Shown: positions 45,514 through 58,936, counted from the first letter of the stretch. The stretch is DNA of 64,000 nt from an uncultured Gemmatimonadaceae bacterium (GCA_963829055.1 CAWHHI010000004.1:800001-864000); one strand, 5' to 3'. The notes: generated from the sequence alone by a model not told the origin. A program made the numbers and translations.

Positions 45514-45951
45514 TTAGGTGACTGTATCCGCCGGCTGCAGCAGCGAGAACAGCGGCGCGAGTGCCTCGACTCGGCACCAGCCGCGCGCCGGCCGGACCGC
45601 CACCATGAACTGCGCGCCAACCGGCTTCACGACCTGCGCGTACGCCGTCCAGAACGCACGCTCTCGTGGCAGGAACTCCTCGTACTGCACCACCGACGTC
45701 GGATCGGCCGCGTCGACCACGAACGTCACCCGTTCCTTGCCTGACGAGACCCGCAGATGTGGTACCACTGTGGCCTGCTCGCCGAACACCGCGATGGCAA
45801 GGCCGCTGAGCGTCTTCTGAAACTCATCGAGACGCTGCCGTCCGATCGCCCGTTGCACCGCTGCGCGACGCGCGACGGACTGGCCCAGTCCGCGACGCTC
45901 CTCGAAGCCACTGCCTGGCTTCCGACCGCCGGAATTCTCTGCCCCACTCAT
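45514..45951 (-). CDS. Hypothetical protein
   Basis: ORF with GAGG SD and host codon usage. Confidence 0.55.
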   Translation of the reverse strand: MSGAENSGGRKPGSGFEERRGLGQSVARRAAVQRAIGRQRLDEFQKTLSGLAIAVFGEQATVVPHLRVSSGKERVTFVVDAADPTSVVQYEEFLPRERAFWTAYAQVVKPVGAQFMVAVRPARGWCRVEALAPLFSLLQPADTVT

Positions 45952-46167
45952 GGCCGCCTCTCGGATCGTGTGGACGAGGACCGCGGGACACGCTGACGAT
46001 GCTTGCAATCGCAAAGGATGGACCCCGGCTCTGGTGCCAGTTGCGAAACCACCGGCCCCGACCCAATGGGCTGATACCTAACCGACGACGCTGCCGGTTT
46101 CGGCGCGGCTCATTTCGAGTTCGCCGACGCGATTGGTGTCTCGCGGCAACCTCAGCGAACGCGTCGT

Positions 46168-46650
46168 CTACTCGCGTTGCGGCACGCGCTCCTTGTCTCG
46201 ACCACCGGCGTCTCGACTAGCGACGTGATCGAGCTCGGCGAGTGGAATGAGAGAAGCGAAGGGACCGTAGATCAGCTCCACATCCGCGGCAGGCACGACG
46301 TCGCGCACGAGCAGCGCGATGGCCGCCAGCGTCGCCGCATACTGGACGCCGGCCTCGGTCAACCCCTGCGCGCCAGCACCCGCCAGGTGATCGAGCCGCC
46401 ACCAGCCGCCGCGGCGGACCACGTCTGTGAGGTCCTCGATCACTACTTCCTGTGCGGCCTGTCGCCTCGTTTCGCGCATGGCCTGCCCGACGGCGCCTTC
46501 CGCCGTGAACCAGGCCGTCGCGTCGTCGGTCACGGCCGCGCGCCAGCCGCGGCCGACGACCTCGAGGTCACCGACATCGAGTCGTGCGAGCCGGTGCACG
46601 AAGGCGAGCGCCGCCGCCAGGTCTCCGTCGGGGGCGTTGTGATCCGTCAT
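46168..46650 (-). CDS. Hypothetical protein
   Basis: ORF with AGGAG SD, helical composition. Confidence 0.55.
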   Translation of the reverse strand: MTDHNAPDGDLAAALAFVHRLARLDVGDLEVVGRGWRAAVTDDATAWFTAEGAVGQAMRETRRQAAQEVVIEDLTDVVRRGGWWRLDHLAGAGAQGLTEAGVQYAATLAAIALLVRDVVPAADVELIYGPFASLIPLAELDHVASRDAGGRDKERVPQRE

Positions 46651-47094
46651 CACGTGCGCCACTCCTGGGTGCACCGGTGGTCGAGACGGTCTCCGAACGA
46701 ATCGGATGGAAGCCCAAGCAATTCGCGCGCCTCATGCGCCATCGAGCCGCCGCCGCTCTCGCGTGGTCGTTGGTTGCCGGCCGGGTGCCCAGATCGACCT
46801 CGACTGCAACGAGGTGGTGCAGACGGCCTGAGTAGGAGCGGCGGCCGCGGCCATCACGGGGACACTAGCGGGAAGCGCTCACCGAGCAGCAGCATCAGCC
46901 ATTCGGATTCGGAGTGGAACAGTGCAGCAAACAGCTCGGCTCCTGATCGCGGTGAACCTCACCATGTGCGTTGCGGCTCACGCACGGGCGCTGTTCACGG
47001 AAAGGCTGATATCGTTAGGTATGACACAGCCCATGACCCCCGTTGCGGGCCCTTGCTTACTGCACCCACGTCTGGAATGCGGGCCAGCCAAGCC

Positions 47095-48330
47095 ATGACG
47101 TCCCTGGATCGACGTTCTTTTGTTGCGGCCGCCGCTTCGATGGCCGCCGCTTCCGTCGTCGGCCAACCGGCGCCCGTCGCGACGACAGCTGAGCCCATCA
47201 GCCGAGGTGACGATCCGCTCGGCGTTCGAGGCGACTTTCCGATCGTCAACGAGCGGACGTTCCTCAACTCCGCGTACATCGCGCCGATCCCGACGCAGGT
47301 GGTGACCGCGGGGCACGCGTTCCTGCAGGAGAAGGCACGGAACTCGTTTCAGCTTGGCCCGCTCCTGAAAAAATGCGATGAGGTGCGCGCGCAGTTCGCT
47401 CGACTGATACGCGCCGCGTCCGCGGACGAGATTGGACTCCTCTTCTCGACTGCCGAAGGCGAGAACGTCGTAGCCGCTGGGCTCGGCCTCGAGGCAGGCG
47501 ACAACGTCGTCATCGACGAGCTGCACTACGACACGGAATTCGTCTTGTATCGCATGCTCGAGAAGCTGAACGGCGTCGAGCTGCGCATCGCGAAGCATCG
47601 CGACGGCGTGGTCGACGCAACCGACTTCGAGCCGCTCGTTGATGCGCGCACGCGGCTCGTGTCCGTTGCCTGGGTCTCGCACAAGAATGGATTCCGGCAT
47701 GACATGAGGCCGATCGCTGACGTCGCCCATGCCAAGGGCGCGCTCGTCTACGTGGATGCGATTCAAGCGGTCGGCATGTTTCCGATCGACGTCGTGGCAT
47801 CGGGGATCGACGTGCTGTGCGCCGGTTCGTACAAATGGCTGCTCGCCGGTTGGGGCGTCGCCCCACTCTACGTGCGTACGTCGATCGCCGATCGTCTCCG
47901 GATCGACCGCTATGGTGAGATGAACGCTGGTCGGGAGCTGCCGGACCACAGCTACGAGATCCCAACGAACGCGAAGCGGTTCGACTACTCGAGCCGAGCG
48001 TTCGGCGATGTGTACGCACTCAGCGCTGGCCTCGCATACCTCGACAAGGTGGGGGTCGACCGAATCGAGGGGCACACGATCGACCACCTCGCCCGCCGGC
48101 TTCAGGAGGGCCTGGAGAAACAGGGCCACCGCCTCTTCACCCCACCGGGAAACCGATCGTCGATCGTCACGTTCTATACGGCCAAACTCGCGAGCGACGT
48201 TAGGTCGGCGTTTCAGTCTGCGAACATCGAGGTCACGGTGCGTGAGGGAACGGTGCGGATATCGCCCGCGCTGTTCAACAACGCGGACGATATCGACCGC
48301 TGCCTCGCCACGACGAAGAAGCTCGTGTAG
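47095..48330 (+). CDS. Aminotransferase class V-fold PLP enzyme with Tat signal
   Basis: LDRRSFV Tat motif, FLNSAY, YVDAIQAVG, GSYKWL, VRISPALFN. Confidence 0.85.
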   Translation: MTSLDRRSFVAAAASMAAASVVGQPAPVATTAEPISRGDDPLGVRGDFPIVNERTFLNSAYIAPIPTQVVTAGHAFLQEKARNSFQLGPLLKKCDEVRAQFARLIRAASADEIGLLFSTAEGENVVAAGLGLEAGDNVVIDELHYDTEFVLYRMLEKLNGVELRIAKHRDGVVDATDFEPLVDARTRLVSVAWVSHKNGFRHDMRPIADVAHAKGALVYVDAIQAVGMFPIDVVASGIDVLCAGSYKWLLAGWGVAPLYVRTSIADRLRIDRYGEMNAGRELPDHSYEIPTNAKRFDYSSRAFGDVYALSAGLAYLDKVGVDRIEGHTIDHLARRLQEGLEKQGHRLFTPPGNRSSIVTFYTAKLASDVRSAFQSANIEVTVREGTVRISPALFNNADDIDRCLATTKKLV

Positions 48331-48335
48331 GGGTT

Positions 48336-48380
48336 GTCATTTCGGCGACTTGTCATTCCGAGCGAAGTCGAGGAATCCCC
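48336..48380. repeat. REP-like family A, partial copy 3
   Basis: ttgtcattccgagcgaagtcgaggaatc, identical to part of copy 1. Confidence 0.75.
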
Positions 48381-48409
48381 CTGCGTCTCGGTGGGAGGGT
48401 CGAGCCGCT

Positions 48410-51021
<2,612 letters not shown>

Positions 51022-51166
51022 CCGCTCCCTCCCGTGTGCGTTCTCGATCACCGCCGCATGCTCGGTCATCCCAACCCCGTTAGGCATCATACCGGGCGCG
51101 ACCGGCGAATCGTGCCTCTCATATCCGAAGGTTTGAGATTCGGCCGGCGATGATGCGACATGCCCC

Positions 51167-51185
51167 CGGGCTTCCGGCAAGTCCC
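51167..51185. promoter_or_regulatory. Rifamycin-associated element (RAE)-like inverted repeat
   Basis: CGGGCTTCCGGCAAGTCCC, 16/19 match to the RAE consensus as recalled (GGGGCTTGCGGCAAGGCCC), about 150 bp upstream of rph. Confidence 0.75.
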
Positions 51186-51688
51186 CCGGGGCGCTATAAC
51201 TTGTGAGTGGCAAGGAAGGGGGTGCTCCCCTCCCGCTGGTCCGGTGTGGACGGACGAGCCTTTGCGTTGGCGGCGGCTGTGCGGAAGCGGACCGTGGGCC
51301 CAGTATGGTCTCCGTCGGCCTACGGATCCAGCCGCCTAACGAGGAGTGCTTCCCGCTTCAGCGAAGCCGGTTCGAACCTCGTCGAGAGCGTCGCCATTCC
51401 TTTGGCGGCACGCTTCGGGTTCGTGATCGCCACGGTCGCAGTGCGATGACCAGATGCCGATCGCAGCCGTGCTCGCACATGACACGTGCTGCGCCCGTCT
51501 GGCGGCGCATCAGGGAACAGAGGCTTCCCAGAAGAGCTCGGCTAGGTAATCGCGAGACGCTCCTACAAGCATCCGCGAGCTGAGCCATTGGTGCTACCGC
51601 CACGACCCCTGTCCCGCAACGACTAGAACCGGAAGCCGATGGTCCGCGGCCGGTGACGGTCGGAGAACGGATGATTCCGGCCGGCCCG

Positions 51689-53098
51689 TCACGAGAGCAG
51701 ATACGCGATCACGTCCGCCGCGGAATAACGCTGACGCTTGCCAAGAAACCGATGCATGCGAAGCAACTCGTCGCCGCTTGTAACGATGGGTGGCTCGACC
51801 GCGTCCCCGCGCAGTTGCGCGTACCCCGCACTCGCAAGCAGGCCGTTGCAGAGACAGCGGCGACCGACCGTGTCGGCGATTGCACCGCCTTTCGCGACGT
51901 ACGCGTCGACGGGTTCGGCGGCGCAGCGGTAGACGAGCCGTCCGGTGTCCGTTCGCACTGGCGTGCGCAGATATCCAATGTCGCAGACGCGTTGTCGCTC
52001 CGCGTGATTGGAGCGATCGTGAAGCGATACGACCTTGAACGGATAGCCTGTTGGTGAAGCCCGCGGATCGGTGTGGATGGAGACACGTCGATCTCTCACG
52101 GCATTGAGCGTTTCCTGCTTCGTGCTGTCATTGAGCCCAGACTCGTCGCAGAACGCAAATAGAGTCCCGACCTGAATCCCGGCCGCGCCTGTTGCCATCG
52201 CCTCGCGTCGGCCTTCGGGTGAACCAACCCCGCCCGCGATCCAGAAGGGAAGCGACAGCTCGCGCAACTTCGTGAGGTCGACGACATCGCGATCGCCGTA
52301 GATCGGCTCTCCGCGATCTGTGAGTTGAAGCTCGCCTCGCGGCGGTGCGTTGTGGCCACCGGCATTCGGTCCTTCGACGACGAAGCCATCAACTCGTCCG
52401 TTGGACTTACGCGCGAGCGTGGTTGCGAGCGACGCCGCCGCCACGACCGCGATGAAGCGCGGTCGCTCGACGGTGGGAGGCGGCGCGGACCAAAACGACA
52501 TCGGGTCGAATCGCAGCTCGTCGATCGTGTCGCGCCCCGACCCTTCTACGTCGAATCGCATCGTCGCCGTCCGGTGCTCGGCGAGTGCGTCGAGGACGCC
52601 AGGAATCTCACGAGGTATCCCTGCACCCATGAGCACGAAGTTGACGCCCGCCAGCATTGCTCCGTACAATGATGCCGTGTTAGGCATTTGAACCTTCGTC
52701 AGTAGATTGATGCCTACCGGTCCCCCGTGTCCGTCTTTGGCGAGCCACACTTCAACGAAGTTGGCCAGGATCGTGACGCGCTGTTTTGCGGCGCTCACCG
52801 TCTGCTTGTACATCGGGAGCAACTTGTATGGCACCCCCGCAGGGCGACCGTTCGCGTTGAAGTAGCGGTCGAGAATTTCCTGCGCGACACCTGGGATCGG
52901 AAATCGCTCCATCGCTCGCCGAACGTGACCACCGCGATCTCCGTCCTGAAGGCGCCGGATGAGCACCGTGTCCATTCCCGTTCCCGAGATGACGCCGAGC
53001 TGTCCAGTGCGCGACACGGCATTTGCGAGTCGCCAGCTCGAGACAGCGACGCCCATGCCGCCCTGGATGATCTGAGGGAGGCTTTCGAGAGTTGGCAC
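51689..53098 (-). CDS. Nitronate monooxygenase family FMN-dependent dioxygenase
   Basis: IIQGGMG, MGAGIP, VEGPNAGGHN, IQVGTLF, RRCLCNGL. Confidence 0.85.
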   Translation of the reverse strand: MPTLESLPQIIQGGMGVAVSSWRLANAVSRTGQLGVISGTGMDTVLIRRLQDGDRGGHVRRAMERFPIPGVAQEILDRYFNANGRPAGVPYKLLPMYKQTVSAAKQRVTILANFVEVWLAKDGHGGPVGINLLTKVQMPNTASLYGAMLAGVNFVLMGAGIPREIPGVLDALAEHRTATMRFDVEGSGRDTIDELRFDPMSFWSAPPPTVERPRFIAVVAAASLATTLARKSNGRVDGFVVEGPNAGGHNAPPRGELQLTDRGEPIYGDRDVVDLTKLRELSLPFWIAGGVGSPEGRREAMATGAAGIQVGTLFAFCDESGLNDSTKQETLNAVRDRRVSIHTDPRASPTGYPFKVVSLHDRSNHAERQRVCDIGYLRTPVRTDTGRLVYRCAAEPVDAYVAKGGAIADTVGRRCLCNGLLASAGYAQLRGDAVEPPIVTSGDELLRMHRFLGKRQRYSAADVIAYLLS

Positions 53099-53373
53099 GG
53101 ATACCGGGGACTGGTGGAGGTTGGTGAGCTATGGTGCCAACTTCACCGCCATGAGACCCGCGTGCTGTCGGGAGAGTCCGGACGTTTCGTCGGGAAAGTC
53201 CTCATGCGTGCCACGCGTCCGCAATCACTACCGCTCGTATCGCGGCTCCACGATCCGACGCGACCAGTAGTACGCCGCTCGGCACTCCGAGGGAATCCAC
53301 CGATGCGTCATCGCGCCCCGGGATGCAGAAACCCCCTGTCAGCGAAGCAACTCGCTAGCAAGGGGTTCATAAG

Positions 53374-53447
53374 TCGGGGCGACTGGATTTGAACCAGCGA
53401 CCTCCTGCTCCCGAAGCAGGCGCGCTACCGGGCTACGCTACGCCCCG
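53374..53447 (-). tRNA. tRNA-Pro(CGG)
   Basis: Cloverleaf; cctgc-ttCGGga-gcagg. Confidence 0.95.
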
Positions 53448-53472
53448 AAGTTCCTGCCCATCTGTGTTCCGC

Positions 53473-53549
53473 TGGCGCGCCCGGAAGGACTCGAACCTCC
53501 AACCTTCTGATCCGTAGTCAGATGCTCTATCCAATTGAGCTACGGGCGC
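53473..53549 (-). tRNA. tRNA-Arg(ACG)
   Basis: Cloverleaf with encoded CCA; tctga-ctACGga-tcaga. Confidence 0.95.
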
Positions 53550-53661
53550 CTAGCGATAAACGTCTGGCGGAATACCAAGCGACGCAACACGACACAAAAG
53601 TGCCGCGCAACGTCGCTGGCAAGTCGCGCAAGGTATCCGGACGCCTCCCCATCGTCAAGCG

Positions 53662-55464
53662 TCAGGTCCGACGCTCGGCTGCCTCCGACGATCGTTTCGC
53701 GGGCGCCGTATCGGCGACGTGCTCGCCCGCCGCCGAGCCAGTCTCACCGGCCGCCTCCGGTACGGAGCGCGGCTCGAGCGGCAGCGTCAGCGTGAACCGC
53801 GAGCCCTGACCCAACTGACTGTCGACGCGCACATCGCCGCCGAGTAGCCGCGCCAGCTTGCGCGACACGGCGAGGCCCAGCCCGGTCCCGCGCGCGATCG
53901 AGTCGCCTCGTCCACCCGGCCGCACCTGCTCGAACTCGTCGAAGATCCGGCCGAGGTCCGCCGGTGCGATCCCAATGCCGGTGTCTTCCACGGCGATCGA
54001 GATCGACTTCGTTTGCGCGACGTCGCTGACCTTCGCCACGATCGTGACGGATCCCCGCTCGGTGAACTTGATCGCGTTCGTCAGCAGACTGACGAGAATC
54101 TGGCGGACGTGGCGCGGGTCGCTGACGAACGCCGGAAGATCGCGTGGCACGACCATGTCGAGCCGCACGCCCTTCGCCTCGGCAACCGGTTCCACCATCG
54201 AGATGACGCCCTCGAGCAGGGGCTCGAGCACAACCGTACGGCGCTCCACATTCATGCGGCCGACTTCGATCTTCGACAGATCGAGCACGTCGTTCACCAC
54301 GTGAAGCAGGTGATCGGCGGCGGCGCGAATGCGGTCGTGTGCGCCACGCAGTTCCGGCGTGACTTCACCGTAGAGCCCGGACAGCGCGAGTGAGTTGTAC
54401 CCGACGATGGCATTGAGCGGTGTACGCAGCTCGTGAGAGACGTTGGCGAGGAACCGGCTCTTCGCCATGTTCGCCTCGGTCACCTGCTGCGCACGTTCCT
54501 CGAGCCGCACGTTCGCGTCGAGCAGATCCCTCGACAGCAGCTCGAGGTTGAACGAGTGCATCGCGATACGCTCCGCGCGCGCGTCCTCGCGCAGCACGAG
54601 CAGGAATACAATGAACAGGCTGGTGAGGCCAACCACCCACATGGCGACGCGGGCGGCTCGCGGCTGGAACACGCCAATGGGCACCGCGAGATCCCAATGC
54701 GTGCCACCGGGCAGCATCACACGCTGCGTCGAGAATTCGGCGACGCGATTCGGATAGCGCGGCGAAACCGCGAGCAGGCGCCCCGTGCTGTCGGCAATGC
54801 GATAGCCGAACCGCCCTTGCAGTCGTGGCGTGAGGAGCCTGCGGAGCATCGGGCCGTACGCGACCGCGGCGCCCACGTATCCCGTTAGGCGATCGTTGAC
54901 GATGATCGGATCGTAGATCACGAAGCCGAGTGTGTCGGGGCGGAGCACAATGACGCCGGTGGTCGCCGGAGCGCGCGTGTCACGCGCTCGCGTCAACGCT
55001 TCTCTCGTCTCGGCCACGAGCAGATGATTCTCGCTCGCGATGTCGTCCGCGGTGGCCACACTCGGGATCGCCTGGCGTACTGCGCCCGTCTCGTCGAGGC
55101 GGAAGATGCGCACCACCTCGGGGCTCGATGCGACGATCGCGTTTCCAATCGCATCGAGTCGCGCGCGCTCTTCCCGGGGCGTCGCTGCGGCGGCGAGGAG
55201 CCGGCGCACGCCGTTGATCGACGCGGCGCGATTCTGCACGGCACCTTCGATCATGGCGTCCGCTTGAATAGCGAGGTCAGCGGCACTCTTGCGGTAGTCG
55301 CTACTCAGCCGCCCGTCGAGGTAGTTCAGGCACACGACGCCTGACACGAGGAACGCGAGCAACGGGAGTCGCCAGAGAATCGGTCGCTTGCCTTCCCACC
55401 CCGGTTTGGTCGTCGGGGCCCGAACTCGTTCGCCCGGATGGGGTTGTGCCTGACGCTCTTCCAT
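53662..55464 (-). CDS. Membrane sensor histidine kinase with periplasmic CHASE/Cache-like domain
   Basis: Two TMs, FLANVSHELRTPL, NAIKFT, DTGIGI, GTGLGL. Confidence 0.9.
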   Translation of the reverse strand: MEERQAQPHPGERVRAPTTKPGWEGKRPILWRLPLLAFLVSGVVCLNYLDGRLSSDYRKSAADLAIQADAMIEGAVQNRAASINGVRRLLAAAATPREERARLDAIGNAIVASSPEVVRIFRLDETGAVRQAIPSVATADDIASENHLLVAETREALTRARDTRAPATTGVIVLRPDTLGFVIYDPIIVNDRLTGYVGAAVAYGPMLRRLLTPRLQGRFGYRIADSTGRLLAVSPRYPNRVAEFSTQRVMLPGGTHWDLAVPIGVFQPRAARVAMWVVGLTSLFIVFLLVLREDARAERIAMHSFNLELLSRDLLDANVRLEERAQQVTEANMAKSRFLANVSHELRTPLNAIVGYNSLALSGLYGEVTPELRGAHDRIRAAADHLLHVVNDVLDLSKIEVGRMNVERRTVVLEPLLEGVISMVEPVAEAKGVRLDMVVPRDLPAFVSDPRHVRQILVSLLTNAIKFTERGSVTIVAKVSDVAQTKSISIAVEDTGIGIAPADLGRIFDEFEQVRPGGRGDSIARGTGLGLAVSRKLARLLGGDVRVDSQLGQGSRFTLTLPLEPRSVPEAAGETGSAAGEHVADTAPAKRSSEAAERRT

Positions 55465-55629
55465 TCCTCGCGACGCTGCTCTGGTGAGTGTGACTCATCG
55501 CACATAAGCAAGATCAAGGCAATGATCAGGCCCATCGGAGCATACGAACGGAGTGGAAAACTTCGCGAAGAGGAGGGACCTTCTGTGAGGTCGTCGTAGC
55601 AGGCTGGTTCTGCGCGATTCGGAACGGCG

Positions 55630-55731
55630 GAACGCAGAGCGCGCTGACCGCGCAGAACGACGCAGAAGAGAAATGAACACATCGCTCTTGCCGTTTTCTG
55701 CGTGGTCTGAGCGCTCTGAGGCTTCTGCGTT
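55630..55731. repeat. Imperfect inverted-repeat element (cgcaga-rich)
   Basis: cagagcgcgctgaccgcgcagaac pairs with ttctgcgtggtctgagcgctctg. Confidence 0.55.
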
Positions 55732-55878
55732 GCGTAGTACCAGTCCGCCTGGATCGAAATCGAGGCCCCGACCTACCAACCACGATGACCTTCTACAGGG
55801 CCCGTCATCTGCCCGCTGCGCGGGCTCCGGGTCGGGACGACACGCCTCCTCCTTGCGGTTCTTTCCTAACGCCTGAGG

Positions 55879-55919
55879 AAAAAAAATCGTCCCGCGCAGA
55901 TGCATTTGCGCGGGACGAT
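55879..55919 (-). terminator. Terminator of the tRNA Ala-Gly-Val operon
   Basis: atcgtcccgcgca...tgcgcgggacgat followed by T8 on the minus strand. Confidence 0.85.
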
Positions 55920-55992
55920 GGGCGGTACAAGACTCGAACTTGTGACCTCCACGATGTCAACGTGGCGCTCTAACCAACTGAGCTAACCGCCC
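55919..55992 (-). tRNA. tRNA-Val(GAC)
   Basis: Cloverleaf; ccacg-ttGACat-cgtgg. Confidence 0.95.
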
Positions 55993-56041
55993 GGTCGTGA
56001 CAAACACAAACTACGACGGGTTATGTGGCTGAGAACGTCAG

Positions 56042-56114
56042 AGCGGGAAACGGGACTCGAACCCGCGACCCCAACCTTGGCAAGGTTGTGCTCTACCAAC
56101 TGAGCTATTCCCGC
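56042..56114 (-). tRNA. tRNA-Gly(GCC)
   Basis: Cloverleaf; caacc-ttGCCaa-ggttg. Confidence 0.95.
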
Positions 56115-56191
56115 GACATCCGACACCTGACTGCAGCGTCGCCTTCACCCGGTGGATCCGACTCCGCTGAGAAAACTGATCTCGGTGGAGA

Positions 56192-56264
<73 letters not shown>

Positions 56265-56282
56265 GGGCATCAGGAACCGAAA

Positions 56283-56311
56283 ATTGTACCCAGGGGTAGA
56301 GCGAAAGTCAA
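56283..56311 (-). promoter_or_regulatory. Sigma-70 promoter of the tRNA operon
   Basis: TTGACT-N17-TACAAT, same hexamers as the rRNA promoter. Confidence 0.8.
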
Positions 56312-56501
56312 GAAAAGGTGCTCTGGCGAAAGTGCGACGGGCCAGTATTTTGCAGCACCTTTTTCTCAGATGAACCCGTGCGAAAACACACGCGCCGCGC
56401 GACAATCGCGAGACGCGTGTCTCAGTGAAGAGCAACGAGCTCTCCACACGCCGGCTCCGACATACGCGACCATTCGCTGATCGCTCGAGGAATTCGAAGA
56501 A

Positions 56502-57389
56502 ATGACTGAAGTCAAGCGCCGCCGCCGTCGCGTGGTGCCCGCAGGCATAGCTCCCAGCGAGCCAGAGCGGGATATCCTTGATCAGTACCTATACGAAGTC
56601 AGTACGTATCCGCTGCTGAAGGGCACACAGGAACTCGAGTTGGCGCGCAAGATCCGCGCGGGCGATCAGGATGCGCTCCAGGAGCTCGTCAAGCGCAATC
56701 TCCGTTTCGTCATTTCGGTCGCGAAAAAATATCAGAATCGCGGCATGCCGCTCATCGATCTGATTGGTGAGGGCAACGTCGGGCTGCTCACGGCCGCGAG
56801 AAAGTTCGATCCCGATCAGGGCGTGAAGTTCATCTCGTACGCGGTGTGGTGGATTCGTCAGGCGATTCTCTCGTCGCTCGCGCGGCAGGGACGCACGGTA
56901 CGCGTGCCGCTCAATCGAACCGCTGACCTGTCGCGCATCATCAAGGCGTCCGAGATCCTGCGCCAGAAGCTGCGTCGCGAACCAACGCCTGAAGAGTTGT
57001 CGCAGCTCACCGGACTCTCCGTCGATGTCGTGCAGTCGCTCGCCGCGCTCAACACGGGTGACGTGCGACTGGATGCGCCGATGGATCCCGAAGGCGATCG
57101 CTCACTCATCGAGCGCTTCGTCGCCGACGAGATGCCCGACACCGAGGAAGAGGCGATGAATCGCTTCCTCACCGACGAGATCGAGCTGGCGCTCGGTACG
57201 CTGCCACCGCGTGATGCACGCGTGCTGCGTCTGTATTTCGGACTCGAAGGTGGACGCGAACACACGCTGGAAGAAATCGGCTCGATGCTCGGCGTCACGC
57301 GCGAGCGCGTGCGCCAGCTTCGCGACCGCGCACTCAAGCGCCTGCGCGAGGGCGATGTCGGCCGTGCACTGGGTAGCTTTGCTGCATGA
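56502..57389 (+). CDS. RNA polymerase sigma factor, short RpoD/SigA family
   Basis: NLRFVISVAKKY, DLIGEGNVGL, KFISYAVWWIRQ, TLEEIG..LGVTRERVRQ. Confidence 0.95.
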   Translation: MTEVKRRRRRVVPAGIAPSEPERDILDQYLYEVSTYPLLKGTQELELARKIRAGDQDALQELVKRNLRFVISVAKKYQNRGMPLIDLIGEGNVGLLTAARKFDPDQGVKFISYAVWWIRQAILSSLARQGRTVRVPLNRTADLSRIIKASEILRQKLRREPTPEELSQLTGLSVDVVQSLAALNTGDVRLDAPMDPEGDRSLIERFVADEMPDTEEEAMNRFLTDEIELALGTLPPRDARVLRLYFGLEGGREHTLEEIGSMLGVTRERVRQLRDRALKRLREGDVGRALGSFAA

Positions 57390-57437
57390 GTGTCGTGCGT
57401 GGCTGATGGCTGATAGCCCCGCGCGTTCGCGCGCGTT

Positions 57438-57511
57438 GCGCCCGTAGCTCAATCGGATAGAGCGTCTGACTTCGGATCAGAAGGTTGGGGGTTCGAGTCC
57501 CTCCGGGCGCA
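57438..57511 (+). tRNA. tRNA-Arg(TCG)
   Basis: Cloverleaf; tctga-ctTCGga-tcaga; hairpin terminator at about 57534-57569. Confidence 0.92.
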
Positions 57512-57706
57512 CGTGAATCAACGGTAGGCGATAGTCGAACGGGGCGGCCAATTGGCCGCCCCGTTCGACATCCTGCCCTAGGTGCGGACTGCTCGCGATC
57601 GACGTAAGATATGTGAGAACGCTGCTTGCTCTTTGTTGCTTGCTCGTCGCTGCTCGCTCGCCGTTTCTTGCGGGTTGCCGATGGCTGATGGCTGATAGCG
57701 ATTCAT

Positions 57707-58456
57707 ATGATCCAACTCGTAGACGTCCATAAGAGCTTCGGTCCGAAACGCGTCCTCGACGGCTTCACGCTCGACGTCGTCGAGGGCGAGACCATGGTCA
57801 TCATCGGCTATTCGGGGACCGGGAAGTCCGTCGCGATCAAGCACATCGTCGGACTCCTCGAGCCGGACCGCGGCACCGTCTTCGTCGACGGGCTCGAAGT
57901 GCCGGCGCTCAAGCGACGCGAGCTCTACGAGCTCCGCGCGCGCATCGGCTACGTGTTCCAGTTCGCGGCGCTGTTCGACTCGCTCACCATCGGGGAGAAC
58001 GTGGCGATGGGGCTGCGCAAGCAGGGCAGCCTCGACGAACGGAAGATCGACGAGCGGGTGAACGAGACGCTCGAGCTGGTCGACCTGCCTAACGTCGCGA
58101 CGCGGTACCCGGCCGAGCTGTCCGGTGGCATGCGCAAGCGCGTTGGTATCGCGCGGGCCATCGCCCTGCGCCCGAAATATCTGCTGTACGACGAGCCCAC
58201 CACGGGACTCGATCCCGTCACCAGCGCGGTCATCGATGAGCTCATGATCCGCATGCGCGACCGACTCGGCGTCACGAGCATCGTGATCACGCACGACATG
58301 CGGAGCGCCTACCGTGTGGGAACGCGCATCGCGATGCTGTACGACGGACGGGTGCGCAGCGTCGGAACGGTCGAGGAGATCCAGCAGACGAAGGATCCGG
58401 TCGTGCGCCAGTTCATCGAAGGGCGCGCCGACCTCGACGACCCGCAAGCTGCCTAA
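57707..58456 (+). CDS. MlaF-like ABC transporter ATP-binding protein
   Basis: GYSGTGKS, FQFAALFDS, LSGGMRKRV, YDEPTTGLDP. Confidence 0.92.
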   Translation: MIQLVDVHKSFGPKRVLDGFTLDVVEGETMVIIGYSGTGKSVAIKHIVGLLEPDRGTVFVDGLEVPALKRRELYELRARIGYVFQFAALFDSLTIGENVAMGLRKQGSLDERKIDERVNETLELVDLPNVATRYPAELSGGMRKRVGIARAIALRPKYLLYDEPTTGLDPVTSAVIDELMIRMRDRLGVTSIVITHDMRSAYRVGTRIAMLYDGRVRSVGTVEEIQQTKDPVVRQFIEGRADLDDPQAA

Positions 58457-58457
58457 C

Positions 58458-58919
58458 GTGTCCCCGGACCGCGCACGGCTCGAGACCTCGGCGGGAGGCG
58501 TCGTCGTGCGCATGAGCGATGCCCCGGCCGGCATTGCGCAGCCGCTCTTCCTCATCATCCGCGACAGCTACGACAACTGGGGGTTTCCGAAGGGTCACGT
58601 CGAGATTGGCGAACAGCCGGAAGCCGCGGCACTCCGTGAAGTGACCGAAGAGACGGGACTGGAGAGCCTCACCGTTCGCAGCAGTATCGAAACAATCGAC
58701 TGGTACTTTCGCTTCCGCGGGCGGCTCATCCACAAGGTCTGTCACTTCTATTTGATGGTCACCGACCTCGCGTCCACCTCGCCGCAGCGCTCCGAAGGGA
58801 TCACGGCGTGTCGATGGGAGCTGTATGAGGAGGCCGCTCAGCTCCTGTCCTACGCGAACGCGCGCGACGTGCTACGCCGGGCCCACGAGCTGGTGACGTC
58901 CGAATCGTTCGCGACCTGA
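58458..58919 (+). CDS. NUDIX hydrolase (Ap4A hydrolase-like)
   Basis: SAGGVV, WGFPKGHVEIGE..AALREVTEETG. Confidence 0.9.
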   Translation: MSPDRARLETSAGGVVVRMSDAPAGIAQPLFLIIRDSYDNWGFPKGHVEIGEQPEAAALREVTEETGLESLTVRSSIETIDWYFRFRGRLIHKVCHFYLMVTDLASTSPQRSEGITACRWELYEEAAQLLSYANARDVLRRAHELVTSESFAT

Positions 58920-58936
58920 TCCCGACCTGATCCCGA

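Noticed and set aside
46177..47094. N-terminal 300 aa of the 717-aa ORF, and similar long upstream extensions on mprF, thiE, atpA, acvB and ruvX
   Set aside because: Stop-free GC-rich or antisense sequence; recognisable domains and signal peptides begin at downstream starts.
53165..53205. gggaaagtcc resembling the RNase P RNA signature
   Set aside because: The rest of the RNase P structure, including the 3' pairing partner, is not present.
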